A DNA stretch of 63,528 bases, the filler included, from Hyphochytrium catenoides (lineage: Eukaryota > Protista > Hyphochytriomycota): NCBI GenBank assembly GCA_900088475.1. It is 9 parts of 9 records of this genome, joined end to end, with 100 filler letters (N's around TTAATTAATTAA, not from the genome) between each part and the next. Parts side by side here need not be neighbours in the genome. Positions count along the whole stretch, not along the records: positions 40,041 to 56,317 come from FLMG01002326.1; 8 more parts are not named here. One strand, given 5' to 3'. The notes under the pieces are model-generated. The model worked only from the letters and a program-made list of their open reading frames with translations, had not been told where the DNA came from and ran no database searches. The position numbers and the translations under genes are program-made. Below, one piece after another: positions 40,238 through 54,439 of this stretch (position 1 is the stretch's first letter; each line of letters opens with the position of its first letter).

Positions 40238-40954
40238 TCTCTCCCCCTCTCCTTCCTTTCTGCCTCCGCCATGTCTCTCTCTTCTCTGTCCTCTCTACTT
40301 CTTCTCTCTCTCTCTGTCTCTCTGTCTCTCTGTCTCTCTGTCTTTCTCACTCTCACTCTCTGTCTCTCTGTCTCTCTGTGTCTCTCTCTCGCTCGCTCTC
40401 GCTCTCCCTCTCTACTTCTTATCTCTCTCTGTCTCTCTGTCTCTCTGTCTCTCTGTTTTCTTGGTCTCTGTCTTTCCCTCTTCCTCTCTCCTTCTCTGTG
40501 TGTCTCTCTCCTCCCTTCCCTCCGAAAGGTCATACACCACACATATCTCCTTTCCCTTCACTCCAAGGGTAGTACTGAACCTCAATGTGTGTTTGCACCT
40601 CCCTTTCTAAACTAAACCATGACTCTTGCTGTGAAACAAGGAGTACGAGTTTGATTAAAGTTTAGATGGATCCGGAATATGGATGTGCGAATATAGGATA
40701 TTGTACGTTCTAATGCCGAAATAGTGCGCTTGATTGGTTGCTGTGGTGTTGGGAGGAAGAGGAAGAGCGGGAACGGCGCCGCTGGCATCACAGTGGAAAC
40801 TTCATCTGCAGACCGGATCTGAAGCTTTCCTGGAGCTTCCTTGCAGGCCTGGTTGACAGCTCTTAGCGCCCAGCTGCCGTTTCGTGACGTATAAGAGAGT
40901 TCAAGCCTGTCGCGTTGTGGAAACAGCCGTAAGAACCCGAGGCGGTAGTTGGCT

Positions 40955-43900
40955 ATGAGCTATTATGGCCCGCCTGGGCATCCGGGCCCTCGACCTCCTT
41001 ACCCTCCGGGACCTCCCAGACATATGATGGGAGGAGGAATGCCAGGCCCTCCCATGGGAGGTCCGCCAATGCACGGACCCCCACGTGGACCTATTCTTGG
41101 CGCGCCCCCACCGTGGTATGGACCTCCACGCGGGGCTGGTGGGATTATCCCGCGACCTCCAGGCCCACCCCCACCTGGCTATGGTACGTCCATGGCACAC
41201 CTGATCTCATCCTCTCCCTCTTTCAATAAACCTTGAACGGAGAATGGACAGACAGCACTATACTAATCTCTAACGTCTCTTAAGTAGCCTCTGGACCGCC
41301 AGGACATGGAGGTCCTCCTCCCGGCGCAGGTGGTCCAGTGCCTCCTCCGCCTCCTGGGGCTTCGTCCTCACTCCTCAACCCGGTAGGTTAGGGCAAAGTA
41401 GCCAAGGACGCCTAATATGTAAAATGCCTAAAGCCTTGTCACTCCCTCTCTACCGCCCTTTCTGCTAAGGACTGTGTTCATACGGTGGTCAAGCTCTAAG
41501 TGCCCGTCCTCTCTTGTTCTGGACTCCTCTATTCCTTTGTCTTTTTTGTAGTGGGTTGTTCCTTTCTCTAACTAGGGCTCTGTCCTCTCCATGTGCAAGT
41601 CGTTTATCTGTCTTCCTTCAATCCCCTTCTTTCCCGTATCCTCTCCTCTCACTTTTGAACCGGCGCCCTGTCCATCTCTCTCTTGCTTTAGGCGCAAACC
41701 TACAACGTGTTCGTGGGAAAGCTGCCTTTGGACCTGCACGATAGTGTCATTAGGAACTTGCTTGAGGTGATGAGACAGCAGCTTACACCTTTGCAAGGAG
41801 GCCTAGCGAATCCCTTCACTCAGTCCTCTACAAATCGCACTTTCCTTTGACCCTACTTCCGCCTTCTTCCTCGGGTCCGGTCTTGGTGCTACTTATCTTT
41901 TTTCCGAATCTTCTGCATTATCTAACGTCTCTCCCCGTGTCGCTCTCTCCTGGGTCCCCCTCTCTCTTTCCTTTTTTGCAGCAATGTGGACCCGTAACCA
42001 AGTGGCAGAGGAGTCTAGATCCAGTGACATCAAAACCTAAGGCCTTTGGCTACTGCACATACTCAGACGCAATGAGCGTCATTCGCGCCGTGAAGCTATT
42101 AAACAAGCTGAAGATCGATTCTCAGGAGGTGCTTGTCAAAGTGGACTCCAAGACACAAGCCGCCATTGATCAGTACAAGTGCGTCTTGCTGCTCTACCAC
42201 CCCGTGTTCTTGACTCGGATTTTGCTCATTCAGCGCTTGTGCTGTCTTGGGCTCTTCGGCGGTGTGATGTGGAGAGGCAGGGTTTAAGCTGTCGCCGTGC
42301 TCCTTTGCTGAGAGATGTGTTAACAGTCTCTCCCCTCTTAACGCTATGTTTCGCGTGCTTCCAGGTCTCAGCAGAAGGCGATGGGTGTTATTATCGATGA
42401 CGTCAAGCTCTCGGCCGCAGAAGAAAGGATCAAAGTATGCTCCACCCCTCTCTAGTTCTTATCGGTCTCCTCTCACTTGGCTCAGGCAAATCGCGTCCCA
42501 TCCCATCCCATTCGCTGATTGCCGACGCAGCCAATCACTTGCCTATCCTTCCGCTGTAACGGTGAAGCTTTCTGCCACACTTACACTAACAATTCTCTCT
42601 CTTCCGCGTGTATTCGTTTAGGCTAATATTATGGAGCTTCTGGGAGACCATGCCGGTGTAGATCCAAATAGTGCCGCCCTTTTGGATGGCGAGGAGGCGG
42701 TAGGTTTGCTGAGCCAGTGATCGCCTTTCTTTATTATGTGTCTCGGTCTTGTCGTTTTTAACCTCGATTGTCTGAATCCTTTCTCTCCTCTATTTGTGAT
42801 GATCTACTTTTCTGTCCTCATCGCCCTGCTTCGGTGAGAAGTCCAGTCTATGCTCTCTCTTTGGCAAAGGTCGCGCCCGTGGCAATGAGAGACTATCTCC
42901 TAATAAGTCTCCACCCTTGTCCATATCCTGCGATCGACTTTTCAGACAATTATGAGCGAGATTGGCAAATTTCGAAAGCAAGAAGAACAAAGGAAAAGGG
43001 AATTGGAAGAGAAGAGAATGGAGATGGTCAGGGTAAGTCAACCTTGGATGGGACGCCAATAGATTAGGAAGCTTGCGCGTGGGCCTCAAAAGGAATGAAC
43101 GGAAGAGAGAGAGAGAGGGAAAGAGAGAGAGAGAGAGTCAAACCCTGAGAGAATGTGGACTGATGTAGCTATGGCGTTCGTCCTCTAGTTGGTTCTTAGC
43201 GTTCCTTTCATCTCTACTCTCCCCTGGCAGGAACAAATGCTGAGAGCTAAGGCGTCGGAGGAAAAGGCACAGGAGGAAAAGAAAGCCGATGAAGAGAAGA
43301 AAGCAGAGGAAGAGAAGGGCGGAGAGGCAGGAACTCCGCCTGATAGCCAGACCGCCGTAGCAAATCTGGAGGCCAAGCTGGCAGAGATATCCAGCGCTGT
43401 GGCTGGGAAGGCTGGAGGAGAAGGTAGAATATGCCACGCTTCTCATTCTCGGAGTTACTCCCTCTTCTCCTTGTTTCAGTCTTCCTCGGCCCGTATACAA
43501 AGCCCATTTCCATAACTCATGCTTTCTTCTTAAGCCTTCTCTCTCACTCTCCTGGTCTCTCACATGCATATAGAGGTTGGCCTTTTATCTTAAGAGCAGC
43601 CCACCTCTCCTTTTATTCTCCTTTCTCTCGCTGTCCCTGTCCATCTCTTTCTTGTACTGAGAAGCTCCTTCCGACTGCGATAGAGCCGGGAGAGCAGGTG
43701 GTCAAGAATGATGGAGACACGCCAGCCTCAAAGAGGAGGAGAGAGAGCAGGTCTCGCTCTCCGCGAAGTAGGAGCAGGAGCAACAGCAGGGGGAGACACA
43801 GACGAGATAGAAGAGGCGACAGAAGGAGAAGTAGAAGTAGGAGCAGGGACTTTGATAGGAGGGGAAGGCACTATAGGGGCCATCGAAGGAGGAGCGAAGA

Positions 43901-45714
43901 GCGGTATGGGCGGTAAGTATTTTGTCCCAGCCAGCCTGTTCCTTACTTATCCTAGTCGATGGTGCACGTTCCTTTCTCTATCTGTCCGTCTCTCGTTCCT
44001 CCTTCCTCTCCACCTGTCGTATTATTTGCTCATTGAGTATACCCATGTTCTGTTCCCTCGGTCTCACTCTGCTCCTTTTCCTCTCATTCGCGTCTTAACT
44101 TTTTGTAGCCGGCGAAGCAATGAGAGGGGAGACCGTGAAGGGAGACAGCGCAGACCATCGGTAGGCTCCGTTCTGTTTACTTCCCTCTTCCGTCTAAACA
44201 ATATCTTCAATGAGTGTCTGTGCCTTTCCTCTTTACTGTCTAGTCTCTCTATCCAAGGCCGACTTTGTTCCTATCTTGTGATGCGTTCCTTCTTTCCCTG
44301 ATTCTTGGTGCTCTCTTCCCTGTCGTCCTCAGCACTACGCTCTGTCTGGCTCCTTTTCTGATGTTAGGAGAGTGAAGCGAAGCCCGAGGTCCCTCCTGCT
44401 GCGAACCAGCATGAGGAAGAGAAGAACAAAGAGGAGACTACTGGGGCTCCTCCTACCGCAGCTCCTCTGCCTCCTGCGAACGTTCCTGCGGAGAGCAAGC
44501 CTGTGGTCAAGGTTGTTCTCGGCCTGTCAAAGCCCGCAAGCAAGAAGGCCAAGACTGCGTACGTTGCTCCCCTTGTCTCTGCTTTGCTTCTCGCCCAGGA
44601 GGCGGCTTGGTTTTTCTGAGACCATCTGTCACATCATATCCCTTTCTCTCTGTCGAACTTCATCTCTTGCCTTTCTTTCCTCTTTCGCAGATTCCTTAAC
44701 ATTTGTATCATTCTTCTGCTTGGCCCTTGATCTTGTTTTGCCTTGTCACCCTCTCTGTTGCCACCCTCACTTCTGGTTGTCCCAGGTCCAATGCCTTTGC
44801 CGCAGAAGAAGAGGCTCAAGCTAAGCCCATGAAGGCAATTGTTCCCATAGATTACACTGATGAGGAGAAGCTAGCTGCCGCTCCGATGGAGGAGAGGGTA
44901 AGCGACCGAGATGGAGACTCTTCTACTCTCATCGCCTGCAACCTCTATCTATCATGCACCTTTGTCTCATTCATCGGCCATTGAGTCAACCTTTTGGCTC
45001 ATCTTTGATAGTCGGCTCATCCTCTGTCTCTCCTCCCAGCTCGCAGCCTTCTCCCAGAAGTTCTCGCGTCCTAATGGCAGCAGCACCAAGGTAGGTCCAC
45101 CATCCGTCAGTCATTTTTCATTGAGTCCAATGAATCACTGTCGTTCTTCTGTCTCTCGAACGAGTGCAGTCATCCTAACCGCTGAACCTCTCTTGTTCCG
45201 CAGCTCTCTGCCAAGGAGCTGATCGACAAGATCCCTATTGAAAAAGACAAGCTTTTTGCACTTCCAGTGGATTGGGAAACCATCAAGAAGGTAAGGGTCC
45301 GCACATGGAAGTAAGCAGAGGAGTAGCAGGGCTGTGAGGGTTGGGATGTACAACTGTGAAGAGGAATGAGTGGACACTGGGGCAAAGCGTGAAGAAGAGA
45401 AACTGATAACAGGGAGAAAGAAGAGAGAGAGTGAGGCTAAGAGATAGGCCGAAGGATCGTAGGGTAGGAGCGGATGGCAGGGTTGGGCACAGGGAGGAAG
45501 CGGATACTGACCCATCTTCTCAGTTCCAGCTTGTAGAGAAGAAACTGACGCCATGGATTCAAAAGAAGATCATAGAGTATCTGGGAGAGGCCAACCAACC
45601 GCTTGAAGACTTTGTAGCATCACAACTGAAGAAGGCAGCGCAGCCACAGAGCATCCTTGATGTGGGCATCCCTTCACTCTCCCTCACCCTCTCTGTCTCT
45701 ATCTATTGCCCTCT

Positions 45715-45748
<34 letters not shown>

Positions 45749-46200
45749 CCTCCCCCTCACTCTCTTCCTCTCCTGTGTCTCTCTCTCCTTGTCTCTTCAT
45801 TTGCCTACTCCGGTCTCTCTTCTTCTGTTGTGGCTTGTATCGCCCTGTCCCTCTTGATACCTGCCTCTCTCTTTCTGGTCTTCCTGCCCATGTCTGCCGT
45901 CGACGCTGCTCTTATGATCTGCTTCTCCGGCGCCTCTTCGCTCTCTTCCATCTTCTCCTCTTCCTTCTCTCGTCCTTCACATTTTCCCATTTGTTCTCTC
46001 CCCTTTCTGCCGAGTCCCATCCACTAGTTGGCACCACCTGACGTCCTTTTCGAAACCTCTCTCCGCGGTGTTAAACCTGTAACCCTTTTCTTTAGGAATT
46101 GACGCCTGTGCTTGACAACGACGCGGCAATATTTGTTACTACGCTGTGGAGGAAGCTCATTTTTGAGGCTGAATGGGCGGCGATGTACCCGCCCAACTAG
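40955..46200 (+). CDS. RBM25: RBM25/Snu71-like splicing factor (Pro-rich, RRM, RS-rich, PWI), multi-exon
   Basis: TTVFVGKLP, CGPVTKWQR..KAFGYC RRM, LIDKIPIEKDKLFALPVDW, PWIQKKIIEYLGE, LWRKLIFE. Confidence 0.92.
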
Positions 46201-47270
46201 AGGTTTATTTCCATGGACCTCAAACCCAACGACCACGCCTGAACGTTTCTAAGGCTCTAGGATCGAGTCATGGCTATGCCCTGGGCTGCGGAGAGATAAG
46301 AAAGGGAGGAGGCGAGGACAAGTGAGCTCGTCCGGTGGGCACTCGGGTCCACGGAAACTGTTTCTAACTGTGTAAATGTACCGCTGTTTTGTCCCTTTGA
46401 GGGGACATTCACCTTCTGAAGAGTGATGGAGCGAGAGCAGCAGTGCATCATTGCTTGATGTAGATCTCACGTGTGGTTGCGAACTCCCCAAATAAGCCTT
46501 TCCTGCTCACATCTTCCGATTCTCTGGTCTCCCTTTTCTAGCTCTCCTACTAGCTACGATGCAGCGACCTCGCCTCAACCTCTTTCGATTCTTCTAGGGT
46601 TCCTTTCCCCATGCTACTCATAGTCATCCTGCCAGCCGTACTAGCCCACCTAGCGGACCTGTGCCAGCCTCTTTGGCTGGAGGCGTGGACAAGATTCCGT
46701 CCTGCGTAGCTACAGAGAGGACTATGGACAGTGCGCAGCCCCGTCGTTCTATTCACATGATGTGGATGCTCTTCGTCATTGATCGCACTGACAAGCAAAG
46801 GCTTCACTGTCCTCGCTCGTTCTTCGTCGTGAAAGGTTGCGCGCAGCGATCTGCTGACAGGAAAATTGATGTTTTTTAAATCTCACTTATAAGGCAATAA
46901 ATGAAGCCATTTGATTGGACAATAGCTGCATAAAGATTGAAATAAATATTTCAATTTACACAATTTTTATGCAAGTTTATCACTACGAGTACTGTTTCTA
47001 CAAGCTGAATCCACATCCTACTATATTCGCTCTTCATCACTATTATGACGACACGAGAAGGAATTTGTGGCAAGCGCTGTCCAATTGTATACAATAGGTC
47101 CAGAATGCGACTATGTGAGGACGAGTGAGAGCCAGCACTGATTCTGATTGAAGATTCGGAGCTTCAGAAACTTTGTCCTCTCACCACCCTATTCTCTCTC
47201 TCTTCCTCCTCTCCTCTCTCTTCCTCTTCTCTCTCTCTCTCTNNNNNNNNNNNNNNNNNNNNNNNNNNNN

Positions 47271-47305
<35 letters not shown>

Positions 47306-47667
47306 CTCTTCCTCTCTCTCTCGCCCCTTTCCCTCCCTCCCTCTCTCTCCCCTCCGCCCCCTATCCCTTCGTTTTTCTCTCATTGTCCCCTCGTAACTTC
47401 ATCATAACTTCATGCCTCAAGCCCCACCTCTCGCGGCAAACGAGACGCTTTGCCAAGTGAAGAGCGGAAGACAGGAGCTCGAGCCGACAACCAAAGCAGC
47501 GAAGGAGTAACTAGGCCGAAGAGAAGAGAGACAAGACGAGAATAGCCTTTATTTTCCTGCCTGAGTCCTTCGCAACGCGGCCTCTTCTCCGGACCGGGAC
47601 CAACGCGCACACGACAAATAAAAAGAGAGAGAGAGAGAGGGAACGAGAGGAGACAAGGGAGAGAAGG

Positions 47668-50473
47668 ATGAGGCCTCTGGAAGGTGAAATCCGCTATCAC
47701 GTGCCTCGGACTCAGCACCAGCACGCGACCACTTTCACCTTAGAAGGAAAGACAGTTGAGCCAGCCTTTGAGCTAGAAATCTCTTCCAACGTGTCTCTCT
47801 CCCAAGGACAAGCCGTCCGCAGGCTCACGGCGTCTCTTCTCGCGCAAGAGCCGGTGGAGCTGCAGTCTCTGCGGTTCAAAGTGGACACCGGGCGGATCGA
47901 TAACTCCACAAGAATCTTCTTGAACGGCTATCAGAGCTGGACAGACAGTCGCGAGTTCAGAGCAGACGAGAAGATCCCAGGTAACAGCACCACGGAGGCG
48001 AGAAGGATGGAAGACGGAGGGGAGAAGAGAGGGAGAGTGAAGGAAATATTAGATGATGACGGGGGAGATGGAGATGAGAGAGAGAAGAGAGAAAGAGAGT
48101 CAGAGGGAGAAGGTTAAATGGAAAAGGACGAGGAAGAGAGAGACAGGGAGAGAAAGAAGGGAAGAGAGACAGACAACGACAGAGCTGGTGGGAGACAGAC
48201 AAAGAGAGAATAAGAGAGCCCGAGAGGTAAGATGATGTAGAGAGAGAGACACGGGTCCTAGCTGACCCAATATGTATCGCTCCCAATCCTTCCCTTTCTC
48301 TTGCTCTCTCTCTGGTAGAACGGGGGAGGGACACTCAGCAAAACTTACTCTTGTCACTGAAGCTCATTCATCTCTCCTCTTCCTCTTTCTCTCTCTCTCT
48401 CTCTCTCTCTNNNNNNNNNNNNNTCTCTATCCCGCTCCCACCTATTCTCTGACTGCAGGCCTTCCCAAATACCTGCAGCCGTTGTACGCAAAGCATCGCC
48501 TGGAAAGCTATGGCGATTACTCTTTCACACCGTACACCGGCCAACCGGGAGAGCTCCACGGCTACTCTTACTCCTACATCCGCCGTCAGGAGGAGGAAGA
48601 AGACAAGACAGAGAGAGACTTGCATAGGAACACTGCAATATCCTTTGTTGGCTCTCTCTCTGAGAGAGACGCAGGATTCACTCTTCTTCGCTATGACACC
48701 AAGAAACAGCTTCTAACGGTAGAGAAGCAATGCGAAGGCCTGAAGATTGACGGAGGAGCTCGACGAATGTTATTTGACATCGTCTTCATCGAAGGAGAGG
48801 AAGAGAGTGTCTTTGACTGCTACTTTCGTCTCTTGTCTCTCTCTCCTCCCTCTTCTCCTCCCTGCGTGGGCTGGACCAGCTGGTATTATCACTATACCAA
48901 TATCTCCGAGGAGATTATCCTGAGTAACCTGAGAGCTTTCTCTTCGCGCAAGCTCCCTATCAACGTCTTCCAGATCGATGACGGCTATCAGACCGCGGTC
49001 GGAGACTGGCTTTCTATCAATGAGAAGTTTCCTAGCGGAATGCAAAGTCTCGCGGAAAGCATCAGAAGGGAAGGTTTCTCTCCTGGACTGTGGCTTGCTC
49101 CCTTTGTCTGTGAACAAAAGTCTCAGCTGCTTCTCTCTCATCCTGACTGGATCCTCAAGGCATCTCCCGATTGTGCTTCTGCGCCTTTTCTCTCTCCTGA
49201 AGGCTTCGTGGTAGCCGGGCACAGTGAGGGCTGGAGCGGAGACTTCTATGCCTTAGACATCTACCATCCTGAGGTAAGAGACTATCTCCGTCATGTCTTT
49301 AAGACGGTGCTGGAAGAGTGGGGCTTCTCTCTTGTCAAGCTCGACTTTCTCTACGCGGCGTGTCTTCTCCCTCGCTCAGGCAAGACTAGGGGAGAGATAA
49401 TGTGTGATGCTATGGACTTTCTGAGGGAATGTGTGGGCGACAAGAAGGTTTTAGGATGTGGCGTTCCTCTCTTTCCTGCTTTTGGGACCGTGGACTACTG
49501 CCGCGTGGGTTGCGATGTAAGCTTAGGATGGGAAGAAAGAGAGCCTGCGCTGATCAATTATAGAGAGAGAGTTTCTACCATCACCAGTCTGTTCAACGCC
49601 ATAGGGAGAAGGCATCTAAACGGCAGAGCTTTTCTAAATGATCCTGATGTCTTCATCTTAAGAGAAGAGGTGAACTCTCTCTCTCCTGTCCAGAGAGAGA
49701 CTCTCTTCTTTATCAACATTCTCTTCGGTGGACTCGTATTTACCTCTGACGATATCAACCAGTACATTGATACGTACCGCTCGGCTCCGTTCACGGCTTA
49801 TTGGACCCAATTCCCTATACATCCCAAGCGGAAAGTACTGGCGGTAAACACTCATGACAATATCTACTGCTGGCAGCAGCCCTCTCCGCTTTGGCAGTGG
49901 CTGACAGGTCTCTCTCCCTATTGCAACGTCTATGAGATAGACTTTAGCATAGGAGACGTGGGAGAAGAGACGGAGAAAACAGGGAGAGAGAGATTGTACA
50001 AGGTCTTCAGCAATCTAGGCGCGAGAGAGGTAGAAGTCTCCCTTCCCTCCAAAGGCTGTTTCTTCAGCGGACGCAGCGTGCGGCTTTATCGAGGAGGAGA
50101 GAAGATCAAGGTGGCTCCTTACGAGACTCTCTGTTTCTACTGGCTTATGGCAGAGAAGGAGAACACAACGCTCGTGGGCTCTTCTTCCTCTGTGGAGCTG
50201 CTGGGAGGAGAGGGACACATCTTCCCTGGAGGCGAAGTGACCTCTTTCTCTCTCGTAGAAACAGGAAAATGGAAGGTAATGTTCCATCCTGACTATCGAG
50301 GAGGTAAGACCGCTCTTAATGTGAAGCTATCCAAAGAAGAGGGAGACAAGCTGGGAGACAATGTCCTCATTAACGGAGAGCCCGCCCCAGTCCTATCCTC
50401 TTCTTGGCAAGAAGAGCTCGGTTTCTATCATGTCAGAGTCCTTGCCAGTGTACGGAGCAAGACAGATCTGTGA
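47668..50473 (+). CDS. GH36 alpha-galactosidase, 2 exons (47668-47980, 48459-50473)
   Basis: NGYQSWT, GWTSWYYHY, FQIDDGYQ, GLWLAPF, VKLDFLY (nucleophile), RVGCD (acid/base), LNDPDV. Confidence 0.9.
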
Positions 50474-50854
50474 TGTGTCTTGAGAAAGAGAACGTAGAGC
50501 GCGGCAGAGAGAGATAGAGAAAGACATGAGAGAATGCACGACAGGCTGACGGCTTGCAGACTCGAATACTTTTATAGAGAGGAGCTGATAAGGTGGAGGA
50601 GAGAAGAGAGGCTAGAGCGAGGAAAAATATCGCCTCCGTTCAGATAGCGGAGGATAGAATCATAGACAATTATAGAATAGAGCGATCTGGACTTTCTTTT
50701 TCTCAGCTTTATCACACATTGCTGTCCTCCGTCGGATAATATTAGGAGAGCAAGTGTGAATGGTGTCTATCAGGCCTGACCAAAGGATAGAAAGTCCCAA
50801 GAGAGAGAAAAAAAAGAAGAAAGATAGCATAAATGAAGAGAGAGAGAGAGAGAG

Positions 50855-50885
<31 letters not shown>

Positions 50886-50925
50886 AAGAAAGAGAGAGAG
50901 AGAGAGTTTTTGTTGACAGGTCACG

Positions 50926-53229
50926 TTAATTAGCCGCCGCAGTGATTGAAGGAGAAGAAGAAGAGGGAGAGGCAGGAGAGGAAGAGGACAACGCTCTATC
51001 AAGTCTCTTCAGCTGCTCAAGAAACATAAAGACGAGGATGCAGTACGGTCCAAAGCGCAGGTAAGAGGCAGTCACGCCTTTAAAAAGACCGCTGACGCCT
51101 TCTGTTGCCACGGTCCGCCTTATAACGTCAAAGGAGCTGGAGTACATGGCGCCATGACCTGAAGTAAGGAAAAACGCACCAAAATGGAGAGGATGAGAAA
51201 GAGCGCGACCGGGAGAGCACAAGAGGGAGAGAAGGCAGAAAAAATATTGGAGACACAGAGAGACAGAAGACAATAGCGAGAAAGAACTGCTGTTCGTAAA
51301 CATGTTGAGCGAACTATGACAAGAGACCACGAGCGCTGGAAAGGGGTAAGGTAGCGTGGAGTCAACCGCAAGAAAGCGCTAAGCCACCAAGCCTGTCGGA
51401 ATCACTCTCTCTCTCCTCCATACACATTCGTCTCTCTCTCACCTCCAGCTGATGGCTGGTTCATCATCCTGGTTGCTGCAATGTCAAACGGTTGCATGGC
51501 TACCACAACCGCTACACCGGTAAGAAGAGAAGAAGAGAAATGCAGTGGGAGAGAGTCTGGAAGAGAGAAAGAGCGCATCAAGAAGTGTTTGCACGTGTCA
51601 TAGGTAGATAGCTGGACAGCGCTCGCGACTATGACCCGCGGCATGAAGGAATCCAGGCCTGTCGATAGGTGAAGCGTAAAGCAAGAGAGAGACCGGTGAT
51701 TTTTTTGCTTGAGAGAAGAAGAGAGCAGAACTTGTGCAAGCACAATCATCAAACTCTTGATGGGAGACCGAGAGAGCGACAAGTTGCGTAGAACAGGCAC
51801 CAAAGAGAGAGAGAGGCACAAAGAGAGACAAACAGAGAAAGAGAAAAAAGGAAGCACCGAGGGAGGGAGGGAGAGAGAGAGAAAGAGAAGAGACCGCGAG
51901 ACAGCGCACGCGAGAGCAAAACGAGTCAAAGCCTCAGAACAAAGAAGGAAGGAGAAGACAAGTCATGTGTCTCTCTCTTTTGGCAGTGTTGGCTGTGGTT
52001 ACCTCTGTAGTAGCCTTTGAGGCCGTCTTCTCTATAAACCCTAAGTAACGCCTGCAGAAGTGTCTTGTCCTCACGCTGGTAGCCCACAGCTATCTCTTTG
52101 ACTGAACTTTGTGCCTGAAGAGACAGAGAGTGAGAGATTGGGGGTGGAGCGGACGGGAGAAGTGAGAAAGTGAGACCAGAGAGCGGTAAGAGAGAATGAG
52201 AAACAGCGACAGGGATGGAAAGAGAGAGAGAGAGAGAGACACAGAGAGAGAGAGAGAGAGACAGAGAGAGAGAGAGAGACCCAAAAGGTTCCGAGGAATG
52301 TAAGAGCCTCAAGCACTAAAAGTCTGAGCGCAACGGCGCAACTTCTGCCTGTGAAGGGAAGGTGCTAAACGGTGTGACAGCCAACGAACCTGGAAGCGTG
52401 TCTTCAGAAGAAAGAATGGGTTGCTGACAAGAGCTGCCAAGGCTCCTGAGCATCCAGCGAGACCGAGTGACTTCAGATAGCTAACCAACAGGTTGATATG
52501 TGTGTGTGCACAAGAGACAAGAGAGAGAGAGGAGAGACAGAGAAGGAACAGAGAGAAAGAAAAATAGAGAGAGAATAGTGAGAGAGTGAAAAGAGAGAGA
52601 GAGAGAAAGAAAGAAAGGGTGGGAGAGAGAAAGAGGAGAGAAAAAGTGAGAGAGATAGAGAGAGAGAGAAAGAGAGGCAATGAGAGTGAGAGCGAGCGAG
52701 CGAGAGAGAGACCCAAATAGACGAGTTGAAAGGAGTCATCTCGATGACTGTGAAGAAGAATACTGTCCAGGAGAGGGGAAATGGAAGCAACTTGACGAAC
52801 GCAAAGAAGAGAGAAGTCGAGAGAAAGCATCTTTAAGAGAGAGAAAAAAGGCTGTCCGTAGACAGAGATCTGGGTCGAGAGACCTACCTGGTTCCGGTTC
52901 CTGGTCTGACGCCAAAGATGTCCTTGAACACCGCATAGCCTCCGAACCTCATTCTGAAAGTACCGAAAGAGTAAGGAAAGACGGCTCCATAGCAATAAAC
53001 CACCAGATGCATAGAGGAGAGAGAGGAAGAATAATAGAGAGACACAAAGCAAGAAAACAGAGAGAGAGACAGAGACAGAGAGATGGATTGGCTACCAGCC
53101 CGAGGCGAGAGGTAGACTATGACAGAACAGCGTTGAAGATACTGTCCCATGTCTTCTCTCTGTCTCTCATCCCTTCTGCTCTCCTTCTCACCTTGATCTC
53201 TCGCCTCTCTCTGTTCCCCCTTCTCTCTA

Positions 53230-53260
<31 letters not shown>

Positions 53261-53507
53261 ACACACACAGACATACTGTCTCTCTCAGCACACACTCTTA
53301 CCCGACGTTAGAGAACTGGAGGAGACAAGCCGGAGCCAGGCCTCTCTGCAGACCTCTCAGGCCTTCTTCTCTGCCAATGCGAAAGAGAGCGTGAAAGACG
53401 CCTCTATAAACCTTAGGCGAGGCGGAAGAGAGAGAGGAAGACGCTTTGAGTTCTCCCTGGAGCTGCAATCTTGTCTTCACCACGTCCATAGGATTTGTGC
53501 AGCAGAT
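50926..53507 (-). CDS. Mitochondrial carrier, OAC1/SLC25A34-35-like (5' end unresolved)
   Basis: PMDVVKTRLQLQGEL, NPFFLLKTRFQ|AQS, SAVQLSTYD, PFDIAATRMMNQ, YLRFGP. Confidence 0.88.
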
Positions 53508-54395
53508 CNNNNNNNNNNNNNNNGAGAGAGAGAGAGAGAGAGAGAGAGAGAGCAGAGAGGGAGAGTGAGATCAATCAAGGTCACAGCAAAAGGTCCATCA
53601 GCAAGCGTTAGAGCGTGTTCTGAACCTTTCGAACGTCAACGAAAGCTTCATAAACTAAAAATAAATTTCAGTCCAAACCCACATTCTTCCTTCCGAAAAC
53701 CCCCTTTTACCAGGTATGGGCGGAGCCATGGAGAGGGCGAGAAGAGTGAGGGAACTATGAGCTCATGAAAGAAACACTGAAATAAGTTCGATCGGTGTTC
53801 CGTTATTTTTCAGCACTTTCGGTGTGTCCCTTGACCAGTGCAGTTTCCTCTTCTTGAGCACAGAATATCCAGCAAAGAGAGAGGCAGAGAGAGAGAGAGA
53901 GAGAGAGAANNNNNNNNNNNNNNNNNNNNNNNNNNNNNNNNNNNNNNNNNNNNNNNNNNNNNNNNNNNNNNNNNNNGAGATAGAGTATATGACGAAGAGC
54001 GAGAGTGGAAAGAGATACAAAAGCTTGGAAGGGCCAAGATTAGCAGTAGTCGAGAGAGCCAGCGCATAGAGGAGATCGAGAGAAAGGAAAAGAGAGTGAG
54101 AGAAAGAGAAAGAGAGAGAGGTACAAGTTTGTGACAGAGGAGAGTGGAAGAAGAAAGATAGAAGAGGAAAGAACCAATGGGAGCTGAGGAACGTAAGAAG
54201 CTAAAATCGACTTACGAGAGAAAGAACGTGGGAGGAGAGAGGAGAGTGGCTGACAATGCATAGCTTAAGACGACTGTCTAGAGCAAGTCATTGATCTGGA
54301 GATATGGAGGAGAGAAGGGTGGCGAGTGTGCAAGGGTGGAAGAGAGTGCACCAAGGAAGAGGGTGAGAGAGAGAGAGGGGAGAGAGAAAAAAAAA

Positions 54396-54439
<44 letters not shown>

